Positions 1 to 9,180 are shown, counted from the stretch's first letter. The stretch: 64,000 bases of DNA from an uncultured Gemmatimonadaceae bacterium (GCA_963761305.1 CAVXGK010000002.1:576001-640000), one strand, 5' to 3'. A program made the numbers and translations. The notes: generated from the letters alone by a model not told the origin.

Positions 1-1488
1 TACGGCCGCGATGCCGACGTCTCGGGCGCGGTGTACGCGCTGTCGATCGAGAATCGCGGCGGCGCGACGCGGTCGATCGAAGTATCGCTCGACGGCACGG
101 CAGGGCACCGTCAGTTGCGCGTGCAGACGCCGCGCCCGTTCGAGGATGCGGTGCGCGTCATCCGCGGCGACTCGGGCGCCGTGCTGATCGAAGGGTCGTC
201 GCTGCCCGGACTCGCGACGCTGGCGATCCTCCCCGACGGCGACGCCGACGTCGAGATCAACGGCGCGAATTTTTCGATCCGCCGGACGATCACCGTGGAC
301 GCCGGCTCGCGCGAGCAGGTCGCGTTCTACTTCGCCGTCGGCCCGGAGCGCGACGGTGCGGAGTCCACGGCCACCGTGCTGCGACGACGCGGCTGGCGCG
401 AGCTGCTCGCCGCCACGCGCGATGCGATCCAGGCGCTCGAGCAAACGTCGGGCAACGAGGCCATCGACCGGCTCATCAACCGAAATCTCTTGTTCGCGTA
501 CTTCTACGCCGTCGGCCGAGCGCTCGACGACGCGCAGTACTATCTGGTTCGTTCGCGCGTGCCGTGGAATGGGCACGGCGTGACGGTTCGCGACTGGGAC
601 GCGCTGTCGTGGACGATTCCGGCCGTGCAACTCGCCGACTCGGGGCTGGCGCGCGAGCTGCTGCTTCGCATGTGCGAGCTGCACGGCTACGCGCCGGGCC
701 GCGGCGTGCACTACCTCGACGGCACGCTGTTCGAGCCGGGGTTTGCGCTCGAGGGCGTCGCCGGCTATCCGATCGCGACCGACCGCTACATCCGCGACAC
801 CGGCGACGATCGGGTGGTCGACGAGCCGGTGCTCGCCGACACGTTGTATCTCGCCGCCGACGATCTCGAGGCGCGTCGCGACAAGCGCATCCCGCTGTAC
901 TCGACGGAAGTGAGTCCGTCCGGCGCGCCGGCCGCACATCCGTACACGCTCCACGCCAACGCCACCGTCGCGCTCGCGCTGGATGTTCTGCGTCGCACGC
1001 TCGACGAAGAAACGGCCAAGGAGCTGCAGGATCCCGACGCGGTGCGCGCGGCGATTCACCGGCATTTTCTCATCGAGCATGCGGCGAAACAAGCGTCGGG
1101 TGCGGCAGCGACGGCCGGCGGCAAGTCGACCTTCGCGTCGTCGATCGATCTCGCCGGCGCGACGTCCGAAGCCGACGATCCCTCGGCGTCCGCGTTTTGG
1201 CTGCCGATCTACGAGGCGGTGCCGCGACAGGATTCCACCTATCGTCGCACGGTGAAGGCGATCGACGTCACGCCGCAGTCGCTCGTTCAGCAGTGCGCGC
1301 GGCTCATCGGGCCCGACGCGGCGAACGTGTTGCAGTGGCTGCGCCGCGCGCCGCTCGACGGCGGCCTCGCCGCCGAGGTGATCGACGCCGACGGCAAAGC
1401 GGTCGCGAATGGCGGCGACGCGTCGCTGTCCGGGCTCCTCGCGTGGACCGCGTGGTACGCCGTGCACGCACTCGGCGAGCGTCCCTGA
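1..1488 (+). CDS. Hypothetical protein, possible six-hairpin glycosidase-like fold; 5' end outside window
   Basis: Frame is open from base 1 to TGA at 1488. VRDWDALSWTIPA and C-terminal GLAAEVID...SLSGLLAW resemble (alpha/alpha)6 glycoside hydrolase motifs. Confidence 0.55.
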   Translation, partial: YGRDADVSGAVYALSIENRGGATRSIEVSLDGTAGHRQLRVQTPRPFEDAVRVIRGDSGAVLIEGSSLPGLATLAILPDGDADVEINGANFSIRRTITVDAGSREQVAFYFAVGPERDGAESTATVLRRRGWRELLAATRDAIQALEQTSGNEAIDRLINRNLLFAYFYAVGRALDDAQYYLVRSRVPWNGHGVTVRDWDALSWTIPAVQLADSGLARELLLRMCELHGYAPGRGVHYLDGTLFEPGFALEGVAGYPIATDRYIRDTGDDRVVDEPVLADTLYLAADDLEARRDKRIPLYSTEVSPSGAPAAHPYTLHANATVALALDVLRRTLDEETAKELQDPDAVRAAIHRHFLIEHAAKQASGAAATAGGKSTFASSIDLAGATSEADDPSASAFWLPIYEAVPRQDSTYRRTVKAIDVTPQSLVQQCARLIGPDAANVLQWLRRAPLDGGLAAEVIDADGKAVANGGDASLSGLLAWTAWYAVHALGERP

Positions 1489-1508
1489 ACCGGGTATATT
1501 CTCAGGAC

Positions 1509-1581
1509 GCGGGAATAGCTCAGTTGGTAGAGCACAACCTTGCCAAGGTTGGGGTCGCGGGTTCGAGTCCCGTTTCCCGCT
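1509..1581 (+). tRNA. tRNA-Gly(GCC), CCA not encoded
   Basis: GCGGGAA...TTCCCGC acceptor stem, CAACC-TTGCCAA-GGTTG anticodon arm, GGTTCGAGTCC T-arm; TATATT -10-like hexamer just upstream. Confidence 0.98.
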
Positions 1582-1694
1582 CTCGAGTGCGCGAAGGTGG
1601 ATGCGCGCGAGTTGTTCAAGGTTCGAGTATGTCCTCCCGACGCGTTGCGCTGGATGCGACGTACTGGTCCTACGTTCGCCGTTGGTGAGCGACG

Positions 1695-1778
1695 GCCAGG
1701 ATGGCGAAACGGGTAGACGCGAGGGACTTAAAATCCCTTTCCCGCAAGGGAGTCCCAGTTCGAGTCTGGGTCCTGGCA
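1695..1778 (+). tRNA. tRNA-Leu(TAA), long variable arm
   Basis: GCCAGGA...TCCTGGC acceptor stem, AGGGA-CTTAAAA-TCCCT anticodon arm, TCCC-GCAA-GGGA variable arm, CCCAG-TTCGAGT-CTGGG T-arm. Confidence 0.97.
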
Positions 1779-1898
1779 TAAGCACTTAGCATGCGTCATC
1801 TCATCTCGTTTCTCTCCGCTGGTCGCCATTTTGGTCACCAGTCTCGCGAAAAACGCGACTTCGACGCTCGCGGCCAACTTCTCGCCGAGGCTGAACCG

Positions 1899-2264
1899 AT
1901 GCATCCCGTCCCACGCGCAGTCACGCCGACCGCGTTCGCCCTCGCTCTGTCGTGCGCCGTCGCCTCGTCTGCGCTCGCCCAACTGGTCGGCGTCGAAGCG
2001 GGGGGCGGTTTCGGGACGAGCACAACCGCTGCACGCGAGTTCGTGCTCCACGGCTACGTGGTCGCTCGCCACGCGTTGTCAGGACGACTCGCCGTTGGCG
2101 TCGAGGGGTTGATTGACCGGAACAGCGAAAGCGTCTGCGTAGAGTTCTATCCATGCATCACGGTCGCGGAATCGATGCCGTCGAGCTTTCCGGACTTCTG
2201 GGTCCGCAACTGTACGTCCGCCAACCTCGCGCGCTGTACGCGGACCTCGACGACGCTGTCATGA
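1899..2264 (+). pseudogene. Truncated secreted/outer-membrane beta-barrel-like protein
   Basis: Signal peptide (AFALALSCAVASSALA-Q) followed by alternating beta-strand-like sequence; loses coherence near 2165. Confidence 0.4.
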
Positions 2265-2841
2265 GCGACATAGTGACACGGTTTCTTTCTTCGCCTCGTG
2301 AGCCCAGCGCGTCCGGCGAGAAGGCGGTGATCGTTCGCTCACGACGGGCGTTGGATCGCGCCATCCGAGGCACTGGCTTCCCGGCATCCCTCGTCGCCGA
2401 ACACGTGAGGCCGAACACGTGAGGCCGAACACGCTGTACGGCGATCGGATCGAGCGCTTGGCCGTCGGCCATCGGATTCCGTACATCTCGCGCGCGCTTC
2501 GCGCACCCGGACGCGACGTTCTCGTTGATTGCGTCGCAATTGAACGCGGCGAACACACGCGCGACATCCGTGAAGTTGCTGGTCGGGTGACGCATGCGTT
2601 CTTCCTGTACCGTCGGCTGCGAGAGGCAATCCAAAGGCGCGCGAACACCGAAATCCGCACGGTCGGCGTCCTGTACGTGCCACCCGGCCAGAATCGACCG
2701 GACCTTGTGGATTTGAGAGAGTTGTACCGTGAGCAGTGGGCCCAACAGGGCGCGGACGTCATCGAGGGTTCACGCGACGAAGTTGTCGCGCCGCTCAAGG
2801 CACATGCCGAGTGGGCGCGCGAGGGGCAGAACGGGAGGTAA
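2165..2841 (+). pseudogene. 5'-truncated hypothetical gene (possibly DUF3037-like) split by a 14-bp duplication
   Basis: ORFs 2153-2422 and 2419-2841 join in frame if one GCCGAACACGTGAG unit is removed. QLYVRQPRALYADLDDAVMSDIVTRFL resembles the end of a DUF3037 domain. Confidence 0.5.
2396..2433. repeat. 14-bp tandem repeat, 2.7 copies
   Basis: GCCGAACACGTGAG GCCGAACACGTGAG GCCGAACACG. Confidence 0.95.
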
Positions 2842-3275
2842 CTCGACGGAGGAAATCCGGCGGCAGGTGACGCAAGCCGACGGCGAGGGCGCACTTGATC
2901 GATTCCAACCTCTCGATATCATTAAAGTCTGGGCGCACTTCATGTCAGACCAAATCAGATCAGGTCAGGACAGATCAGCCCGTCAGACGTACGGTTCGCA
3001 CGATAAGGGCCCTCGTCCTTCTCCTTTTCTTCTTTTCCCGCCCAGATCAAACGAGCGGCCCGGCCTCGGGCCGCTCGTCGTTTCACCGTCTGAGAGGATC
3101 TCACCTCCGGGTCCCTGCGATGACGTCGGACCGGCGGGGTAATAGTTGGGATCGAGGAACGGGTGAGGTGGCATGCCGCCGAATGGCTCTCTTCTCGCTA
3201 TGGATGAGCATCGGGTCGCGTTGGCCGCGTGCTGTGACTGGTGTGCGCTCGCGCTGAACGCCGTGGCGAGGACTG

Positions 3276-4460
3276 ATGACTGACCTGCTTGGGCGGCGGC
3301 GGCGATGCGCGACCCCAACACTGGTCGTCGGCTGTTCCCTGATCGCAGCGTGCCACTGGTTTGAGTCGACTGCGGGGGACTATCACCCCACCACGTCCGC
3401 CGCGTGGCACGTGAGCGGTGTAGGGCGTGGTACGCCAGCGTTTGACGGATCGTTGGTGTACTTCATCGGCGGCGATCACTCGGTGTCCGCTCTGAACGGA
3501 ACTACGGGCGCACTTCTTTGGAAATCGGCGACCGGCAGCAGCGGGGCGCCACCCGCCGCTACCAGTAGCTGCCTCGTGTCGGACGCACTGGTCGTGTGCG
3601 GCGACGGTGGCGTCATCGCATTTCGACGCTCCGATGGGTCCCAGCAGTGGCGCTTCGACGGAAACGGGGATCATCCGGGGACCTTTCTCCTCCGAGCGAC
3701 GCACGGTCTCATTTTCACCGGCTCATCCGGGCATGGCACTATCTACGCGTTGGACGCCGCCACGGGCGCCATGAAGTGGGCGGCATTGACGCTCGGCACC
3801 GAACCGTCCGGAGCGAACGTTCCCAGCCTTGCCGTGGATTCCGATATCGTGGTGGGAACATTCTTAAACGGCGCGAATCCAATTGGCGGAGGCGTGATCG
3901 CGGTCGATGCCAACACGGGCGCCACCCGTTGGGTCACCCACTTTCCGCAGGCCGCCCCTGATTCGTCCTCGGGGGGGTATTCCGTCGCACTCTGGGAAAA
4001 CGTGGTTCTTGGCTCCAGCCTCGACGGAAAGATCTTCGTGTTGGATCGCGAAACGGGAACGATTCAGAGTTTCTTCCCCGGCGTCGGCCAGCGCGCGAAC
4101 GTCGTCGGAATCACAGGGCCGGTCGGCGAAGACTTTCGGTCGATTGTGGTATCAAGCTCGGTGCTCTTTGCTGGCTCGACCGGCAACTGGCTCGTCGCGT
4201 ACGACCTATTCGCGCACCGCGAGCTTTGGAGAATCGTGTCGCCGCTCGGCTCATTTGATGGATCGGCGCTTGTTACCGACGGTGCGAAGGTCTATGGGTT
4301 GATCGGGTTCGGTTATCTCACCGCCTTCTCCGCGACGAACCCACACGTCGACTGGACCTTCGGGGACCCGAATACGCCGATCTTTGGAGCAAGTTTCGCT
4401 GTATCGGCGGACGCCGTGTTCGGGACGGGACCGACCGGATTCTGGGCGATTCGAAAGTAG
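3276..4460 (+). CDS. PQQ-like beta-propeller repeat lipoprotein (BamB-like fold)
   Basis: Lipobox-like LIAAC; repeated ALNGTTGALLW / ALDAATGAMKW / AVDANTGATRW tryptophan-docking motifs. Confidence 0.85.
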   Translation: MTDLLGRRRRCATPTLVVGCSLIAACHWFESTAGDYHPTTSAAWHVSGVGRGTPAFDGSLVYFIGGDHSVSALNGTTGALLWKSATGSSGAPPAATSSCLVSDALVVCGDGGVIAFRRSDGSQQWRFDGNGDHPGTFLLRATHGLIFTGSSGHGTIYALDAATGAMKWAALTLGTEPSGANVPSLAVDSDIVVGTFLNGANPIGGGVIAVDANTGATRWVTHFPQAAPDSSSGGYSVALWENVVLGSSLDGKIFVLDRETGTIQSFFPGVGQRANVVGITGPVGEDFRSIVVSSSVLFAGSTGNWLVAYDLFAHRELWRIVSPLGSFDGSALVTDGAKVYGLIGFGYLTAFSATNPHVDWTFGDPNTPIFGASFAVSADAVFGTGPTGFWAIRK

Positions 4461-4599
4461 AAACCGGCGTCCACCGATTCAGCCTCCTTTTGGAGGTGGC
4501 CATTTTGGTCGCCAGCGACACCGACGTAGATGGATTTTGCTAGATGTTCTTGGACACTCGGCTCGCTAGCGGGACTGCGCTATGAGAGGTCAAGGCCGT

Positions 4600-4652
4600 C
4601 TTAAAATCCCTTTCCCGCAAGGGAGTCCCAGTTCGAGTCTGGGTCCTGGCAT
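4600..4652 (+). repeat. att copy 2 of tRNA-Leu 3' half
   Basis: CTTAAAATCCCTTTCCCGCAAGGGAGTCCCAGTTCGAGTCTGGGTCCTGGCAT, identical to 1727-1779. Confidence 0.97.
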
Positions 4653-4685
4653 CCCATTGCATCGCAGTAGCTTGGGAGCTCGCGT

Positions 4686-4886
4686 TCATGTCGCATCTCC
4701 AACAGCTCGAAGGGGCGATTGTCCCCCTTTTGTCCCCTTCGCCCGTTTCGGCGGCCTCGATTTCGGCTCGGTTTCCTCGATGACGGCGGGACCGGCCAGG
4801 TGCGTGGCGAGCTTGGCAACGCCCGCCGAAAGGTCGGCCTCGTTCACGATGTTGCAGCGGTCGAACACCTTCCGCGTCTTGTGGCC
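4686..4886 (-). pseudogene. C-terminal remnant of a tyrosine recombinase (phage integrase family)
   Basis: Reads GHKTRKVFDRCNIVNEADLSAGVAKLA, matching the box II GH...Y pattern with Cys at the catalytic Tyr position; abuts att copy 2. Confidence 0.8.
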
Positions 4887-5170
4887 GCGGCGTACATCCG
4901 CTTGAGCTTCGCGTTCTCGGCTTCGAGCTCTCGGAGGCGGCGTAGCTCGGTCACGCTGGCCCCGCCGTACTTCGACTTCCAGTTGAAATAGGTCGGCCGA
5001 CTAATCCCGTACTTCCGAAGAATCTCCGCCACCGGCACGCCGGCCTCGCCCTCTTTCAGAATCGCGACGATCTGCGACTCCGTGAACCGCGACTTTCGCA
5101 TCGAGATGCCTCCCGTCAGGCACCCCCGAAAGTCTACTCTTTAGTGTCTATCCGATAGGGAAGCTTTCCG
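4887..5170 (-). mobile_element. Truncated IS3-family element (left end and orfA only)
   Basis: ATG at 5101 reads MRKSRFTESQIVAILKEGEAG...LRELEAENAKLKRMYA (HTH plus leucine zipper), then breaks; no orfB. An IRL-like AAGCTTCCCTATCGGATAGACAC lies upstream. Confidence 0.9.
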
Positions 5171-5247
5171 AAGCTTTCCTCTGCCATAGGAACCGAAACG
5201 TCGGCTTGATTACTGCAGCAAACAGACCGGTTCCTGAGCGTGGTGAC

Positions 5248-5567
5248 CTAGAACCGTCCGGTGAGCGGATCGCTCGCGCTGGCTCTGATCGCGCGCTTTA
5301 AGAGGAGATGACCGGCAACCGAGACAATCGGTCCGATCAGGGTGCGCGGAATTTCTTGGAGCCGTCCGGGAACATGCACGCAATGACCCTCCCCGGTGGG
5401 AGAGTGGCGGCGTAAACGGAGAGGGGGAATCGCCAGAGATAGTGGACGATCGAATCTCCCGCGAGTCGGCCCGTGAGTCGCCAGATGCCGACCCCGAACA
5501 CCACCCCTACGACGAGGGGTGCGATCAGCACCAGCCACAAGATCGGGTTCGCTTCCTTTCGAGTCAT
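5248..5567 (-). pseudogene. Small membrane protein, apparently frameshifted near 5345
   Basis: N-terminal TM helix (ILWLVLIAPLVVGVVFGVGIW) in 5337-5567; plausible continuation TLIGPIVSVAGHLLLK in the adjacent frame. Confidence 0.4.
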
Positions 5568-5725
5568 TCGTGGAACGCTATCGCGCTACGCACACGGTTT
5601 TTCGCACTGACCGCACGTCCCAGTGGCATCGGCAGCTCAAGGTGTCGGCAGAGATTCGGGCGTTGCCACGGAAACCTGGCGACACCTGCGACACGCCACT
5701 GCGCTACGTCGACGTTGAGCGGCAC

Positions 5726-6244
5726 TTAAGGCATCAACGGCCGAGAAGGATTCACATTGACCCGCGTTCCCGCGACGATCGCCGGAGTCCGCGGAGTCAT
5801 CGTGCCGCAAGCACGGCCATCGACGCCTGATGAACCGGGGGCGCGTGACGCGAAATATTCGAACGCGTCACCGCGCCCTCGGATTCCTCGATCCTCGTAC
5901 ACTCTATCCAGCATTCGATCGATTGCCTTCCTGGCCGGAACGATGCCATGCATGACGGAAAGGCGCGCCTGCTCGCACCAGGCTAGTTGGACCAAGTCAC
6001 CCGGAGCGCGTGACTGTAATGCGACACGGTACAATGCGCGGAGTGAGTCCGTCCTAACGAGACGCGAGAGGGAGTCAAGCACGCTGGAGTCGCGCCGGTA
6101 CTGCCGGAGCAAAGCAGCGTGCGCGGAGTCCGGGGGCCGCGAGGAAGATGACGTCCGACACCCGCCACCGAGCATGGCGAAGATCATCGCCGCCCGCGGA
6201 ACGCGCGCCCACGCTCCAACTGAGACTAGTTGGGTGATTTGCAT
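5726..6244 (-). CDS. Hypothetical lipoprotein-like protein
   Basis: 172-aa ORF; hydrophobic stretch ending GGGC followed by a Ser-rich linker. Confidence 0.5.
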   Translation of the reverse strand: MQITQLVSVGAWARVPRAAMIFAMLGGGCRTSSSSRPPDSAHAALLRQYRRDSSVLDSLSRLVRTDSLRALYRVALQSRAPGDLVQLAWCEQARLSVMHGIVPARKAIDRMLDRVYEDRGIRGRGDAFEYFASRAPGSSGVDGRACGTMTPRTPAIVAGTRVNVNPSRPLMP

Positions 6245-6558
6245 TCGTTGTACAGGTCACCCACATAGCCGACTACGAGAGGTTGTAGACGACTAGCCAG
6301 GTAGTTGTTGTCCACATCGTGGATCTTCACCCCCCATTTTCTTTGGACAAATAGCGTCGTACCAGGGAACGCTGCGGCGATTGCAACGTCGGCCGAATCA
6401 GACGTTTCGTTAGTGAATCGGGGGGGCGGGTTCTGGTCCTCGTACGGCGGAAAATTGTTGGGAAGTCCAATCTGGAGAAGAATATCGTTCTTGATCGTCA
6501 AGCCGCGCAGGTAATCCTGATCAATGTTGAAGTTCTCTTTGTTGATCGACGCGGCCAT
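6226..6558 (-). pseudogene. AT-richer orphan coding fragment (C-terminus of an unknown protein)
   Basis: Protein-like composition (SINKENFNIDQDYLRG...DLYNECKSPN) and visibly lower GC than flanks; no convincing start. Confidence 0.4.
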
Positions 6559-6867
6559 CGACTCGGAACGCAGCGAGCAAAGGGACATCGGACCGATGCG
6601 AATCGGACCGGTCGGCGTCGGTTGAACTGCTTGCGGGCCTCCGGGGGCGGTAGCCAGCCAGGCGAATAGTGACGGACGCCATATTGCCGCCGGTTGAGCA
6701 AACGGCCGCGCGGTTCGCGCGTACCGCATGACTCGGGAGGTCGCTCACCCAGTGTGGATGCCGCTCCGCATCGGGGTGGAGCGGTCGCTCCGCTGCGCCA
6801 TCGAGCAAACTTGGCAACATGTAAATGGCGTTCGCCATGTGCCTGCGCTTACCAGCGCCGCGTTCAC

Positions 6868-7458
6868 TCACGGCAGGCGCAGCCCAACACTGATCGGGAC
6901 GAACCGAAGGCTCGCGTAAGGCAGCCTTTGGTAACGAGCCTCCACAAAGATCACTGCACGTGTCAGCGGTGCTTCGAGGCCTAGCGCCGCGTCGGGGCCG
7001 TTCATCCCGAGAATCGTATTCTGTCCTATCCCCGGCGGATGGCCTTGGTCAAGCCAATAGCGGCCGAATCCGAGCAATGCGTACGGGCGTATCGCGGTTT
7101 GCAGGTGGGGCGCTCGGAGGGCGAGATTCACGGTACCCGAAAACAATCGACTCGCGAGCGGCGTAGAGGTGACTGTCGTGTTCGTAACCGGGTCGAAACC
7201 TTCCAGCGGTTTGACGGCGAGCCCCTGATACCCTCCGTCGATCCGGATGGCGATCCACGAGACGGGCGTTCGTACCTCTGCGAGTCCGCTGAACTGAAAG
7301 CCGTTTCGGTACGAATCCCTACCAGACCCGGTGGGAACGCTCTCGCCCCCCGTAATCCCGAGCGAAACGGCGGACGGTTCGGATGTCTGAGCTGGTGCGA
7401 CGGCAGCGAGTGCGCTCGCCAGAACAAGGCTGAGCAACGTGGGGCGCATTACGGGCAT
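6868..7458 (-). CDS. Outer membrane beta-barrel protein (OmpA/OmpW-like barrel)
   Basis: Signal peptide, RPYALLGFG, FVEARY and terminal VPISVGLRL strand. Confidence 0.8.
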   Translation of the reverse strand: MPVMRPTLLSLVLASALAAVAPAQTSEPSAVSLGITGGESVPTGSGRDSYRNGFQFSGLAEVRTPVSWIAIRIDGGYQGLAVKPLEGFDPVTNTTVTSTPLASRLFSGTVNLALRAPHLQTAIRPYALLGFGRYWLDQGHPPGIGQNTILGMNGPDAALGLEAPLTRAVIFVEARYQRLPYASLRFVPISVGLRLP

Positions 7459-7926
7459 GGCGTGCCTCGGTGATGATTCCTCAATCGGTCGGAGGCAGCG
7501 TCGCACACCGGGTCGTCATTGTACCGCCCAATTACAAAGACAGGATCGGCCAGCGCAAGTACGCTAAAAAGTTCTTGTTGGAACGGTCCCGGCAGCCAAC
7601 TTGACGGTGCATTCGAGGCTTCAGATTGGAGGCTTGTCGAAAGGATCTCAGGGGCGCCATTGCGGGCGAGCGATTCGGCCAGCGGCTGCCACGAGATGTC
7701 GTCGGGCATTCGCCGACTCGTTCCAATGCGGAATGGCTCCCTCTCTTTCCGTGAAAGGCCGGACCTACAAGGCGACCTGTGCCTCGATGCGAGTTGAGAA
7801 CAACGCGACTGGCCGCCAAGGCGTCGCGCGTTTCTCGCGAATCCGTGCCTCCAAACATCGAAGCATCTGCCTCTGACACCGCGCGTAGTTACGCCTGACA
7901 ACGCATGCGAGAATGCCGTGATTGAG

Positions 7927-7978
7927 CTTAAATCCCTTTCCCGCAAGGGAGTCCCAGTTCGAGTCTGGGTCCTGGCAT
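7927..7978 (+). repeat. att copy 3 of tRNA-Leu 3' half (one A missing in the anticodon loop)
   Basis: CTTAAATCCC...TCCTGGCAT, 52 bp, otherwise identical to 1727-1779. Confidence 0.95.
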
Positions 7979-8124
7979 CGTCCGACCGATGCATGAGTAG
8001 CGTGAATCGATTCACGCGACCGCTCGACCGTGTTGCGCGCAACGAGGGGCCCGCGACCAACGCGGACCCCTCGCCGTACTACGACACGCCTGGACTTCTT
8101 CCGGCGTGTCCTAGAAAAGAACGA

Positions 8125-9012
8125 TCAGAACTGAATCGATAGCGCTCCACCGGCTCGCGGACGGTTGTTCGGAGCACCGACGTCGAACGTCGGAACGAGC
8201 GACACCGAAGCCACCGCGGCCCGGCGCTCCGCGTCGCGCGCCACCACGAGATGACGCTGGTGGAGCGAGAGCGCCGACAACGCGATCCCGGCGGCGCCGA
8301 TCGACGTGCTCATGGCGCCGAGGGAACGGGGCAGGTCCGGGCTGTGGAGCAGGGCAACACCCGCGCCCAGCGACACCGCGCTGGACATGAACCCCAGGGT
8401 CGTGACCACGTGGCTATGACCATCCCGGTTTGTCGTCGCGTTCGCGAGGCCCGTCGCGAACGATGTGGCGCTGCCAACCGAGGCACCCAGCCCGACGGCG
8501 ACGGTACCGTACAATTGCGCCGACGACGTCGAATACCCATAAGCGACCTGGATCCGCGCCGCCTCCGCCAGAGTCAGCCCGTTGTCATCGAGCCAACGGC
8601 GAAAGGCCGTGTCGCCCGCCAACGAGGCCACGCGGACGTTGTTGTCGAGGTGGACGACGCGATCCACGATGTCGCTTCGTCCGGTGAACGCGAGCAGATC
8701 ACCCACGGCACACAACGTTCCGGTCTGGCGATCCCGGAAATACGGTACGAGCTGTCCGGGAAAGTCGTAGTTGTGCGGAAACTCGCCGCGGTTGCGATAG
8801 GCCGCGAGCTCCTCGACTAGCCGCGCGCGGCGCGTTTGCCGCTCGTCGTTCGCGGTTGGCACATAGTCCGTGCGCAGTTCGACCAACACGCTGTCGAGGT
8901 GACGACGGACGTGATCAGCGGCCGGATCCAACGAGGGGCGATCCGATCGCGCGGCCATGGCGAACACCACGGCGGGGAACACCGAAACTCCGATCCAACG
9001 AGACAGGCGCAT
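8125..9012 (-). CDS. Secreted/membrane hypothetical protein
   Basis: GGAGGT SD, signal peptide, globular domain (FPHNYDFPGQLVPYFRD...TLCAVG), Gly/Ala-rich hydrophobic helices, C-terminal Phe. Confidence 0.75.
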   Translation of the reverse strand: MRLSRWIGVSVFPAVVFAMAARSDRPSLDPAADHVRRHLDSVLVELRTDYVPTANDERQTRRARLVEELAAYRNRGEFPHNYDFPGQLVPYFRDRQTGTLCAVGDLLAFTGRSDIVDRVVHLDNNVRVASLAGDTAFRRWLDDNGLTLAEAARIQVAYGYSTSSAQLYGTVAVGLGASVGSATSFATGLANATTNRDGHSHVVTTLGFMSSAVSLGAGVALLHSPDLPRSLGAMSTSIGAAGIALSALSLHQRHLVVARDAERRAAVASVSLVPTFDVGAPNNRPRAGGALSIQF

Positions 9013-9180
9013 ACAAACCTCCGGTTGAGTGTTGTCCAACAACACTCAATGGAACGCCCTGGTGGAAGTTTGGAAAGGACAATGATCACATACCGCTCAG
9101 GCCGTCGCCGCATGTTGAGCGTCAAACACGAGGTACGATCCGCACTGATCGTGAGGCTTTCCTGGCCTCGGCTTCGTCCG

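Larger units (their letters stand above)
1780..4652. mobile_element. Decayed tRNA-Leu-integrated genomic island 1 (no intact integrase)
   Basis: Bounded by the tRNA-Leu and a perfect 53-bp copy of its 3' half (1727-1779 = 4600-4652); matching 21-bp subterminal repeats; fragmentary cargo. Confidence 0.85.
4653..7978. mobile_element. Decayed tRNA-Leu-integrated genomic island 2
   Basis: Lies between att copies 2 and 3; carries an integrase tail, an IS3 remnant and orphan secreted/membrane ORFs. Confidence 0.85.

Noticed and set aside
1582..1694. tRNA-Cys expected between tRNA-Gly and tRNA-Leu
   Set aside because: Only an isolated GGTTCGAGT is present; no acceptor stem or GCA anticodon arm can be built.
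7500..7926. Gene at the distal end of island 2
   Set aside because: Short ORFs exist on both strands, but none has a recognisable motif or a clear start, so no call can be supported.
4600..7978. Extra functional tRNA-Leu genes at 4600 and 7927
   Set aside because: Both lack the 5' acceptor strand and D arm, so they are att duplications.
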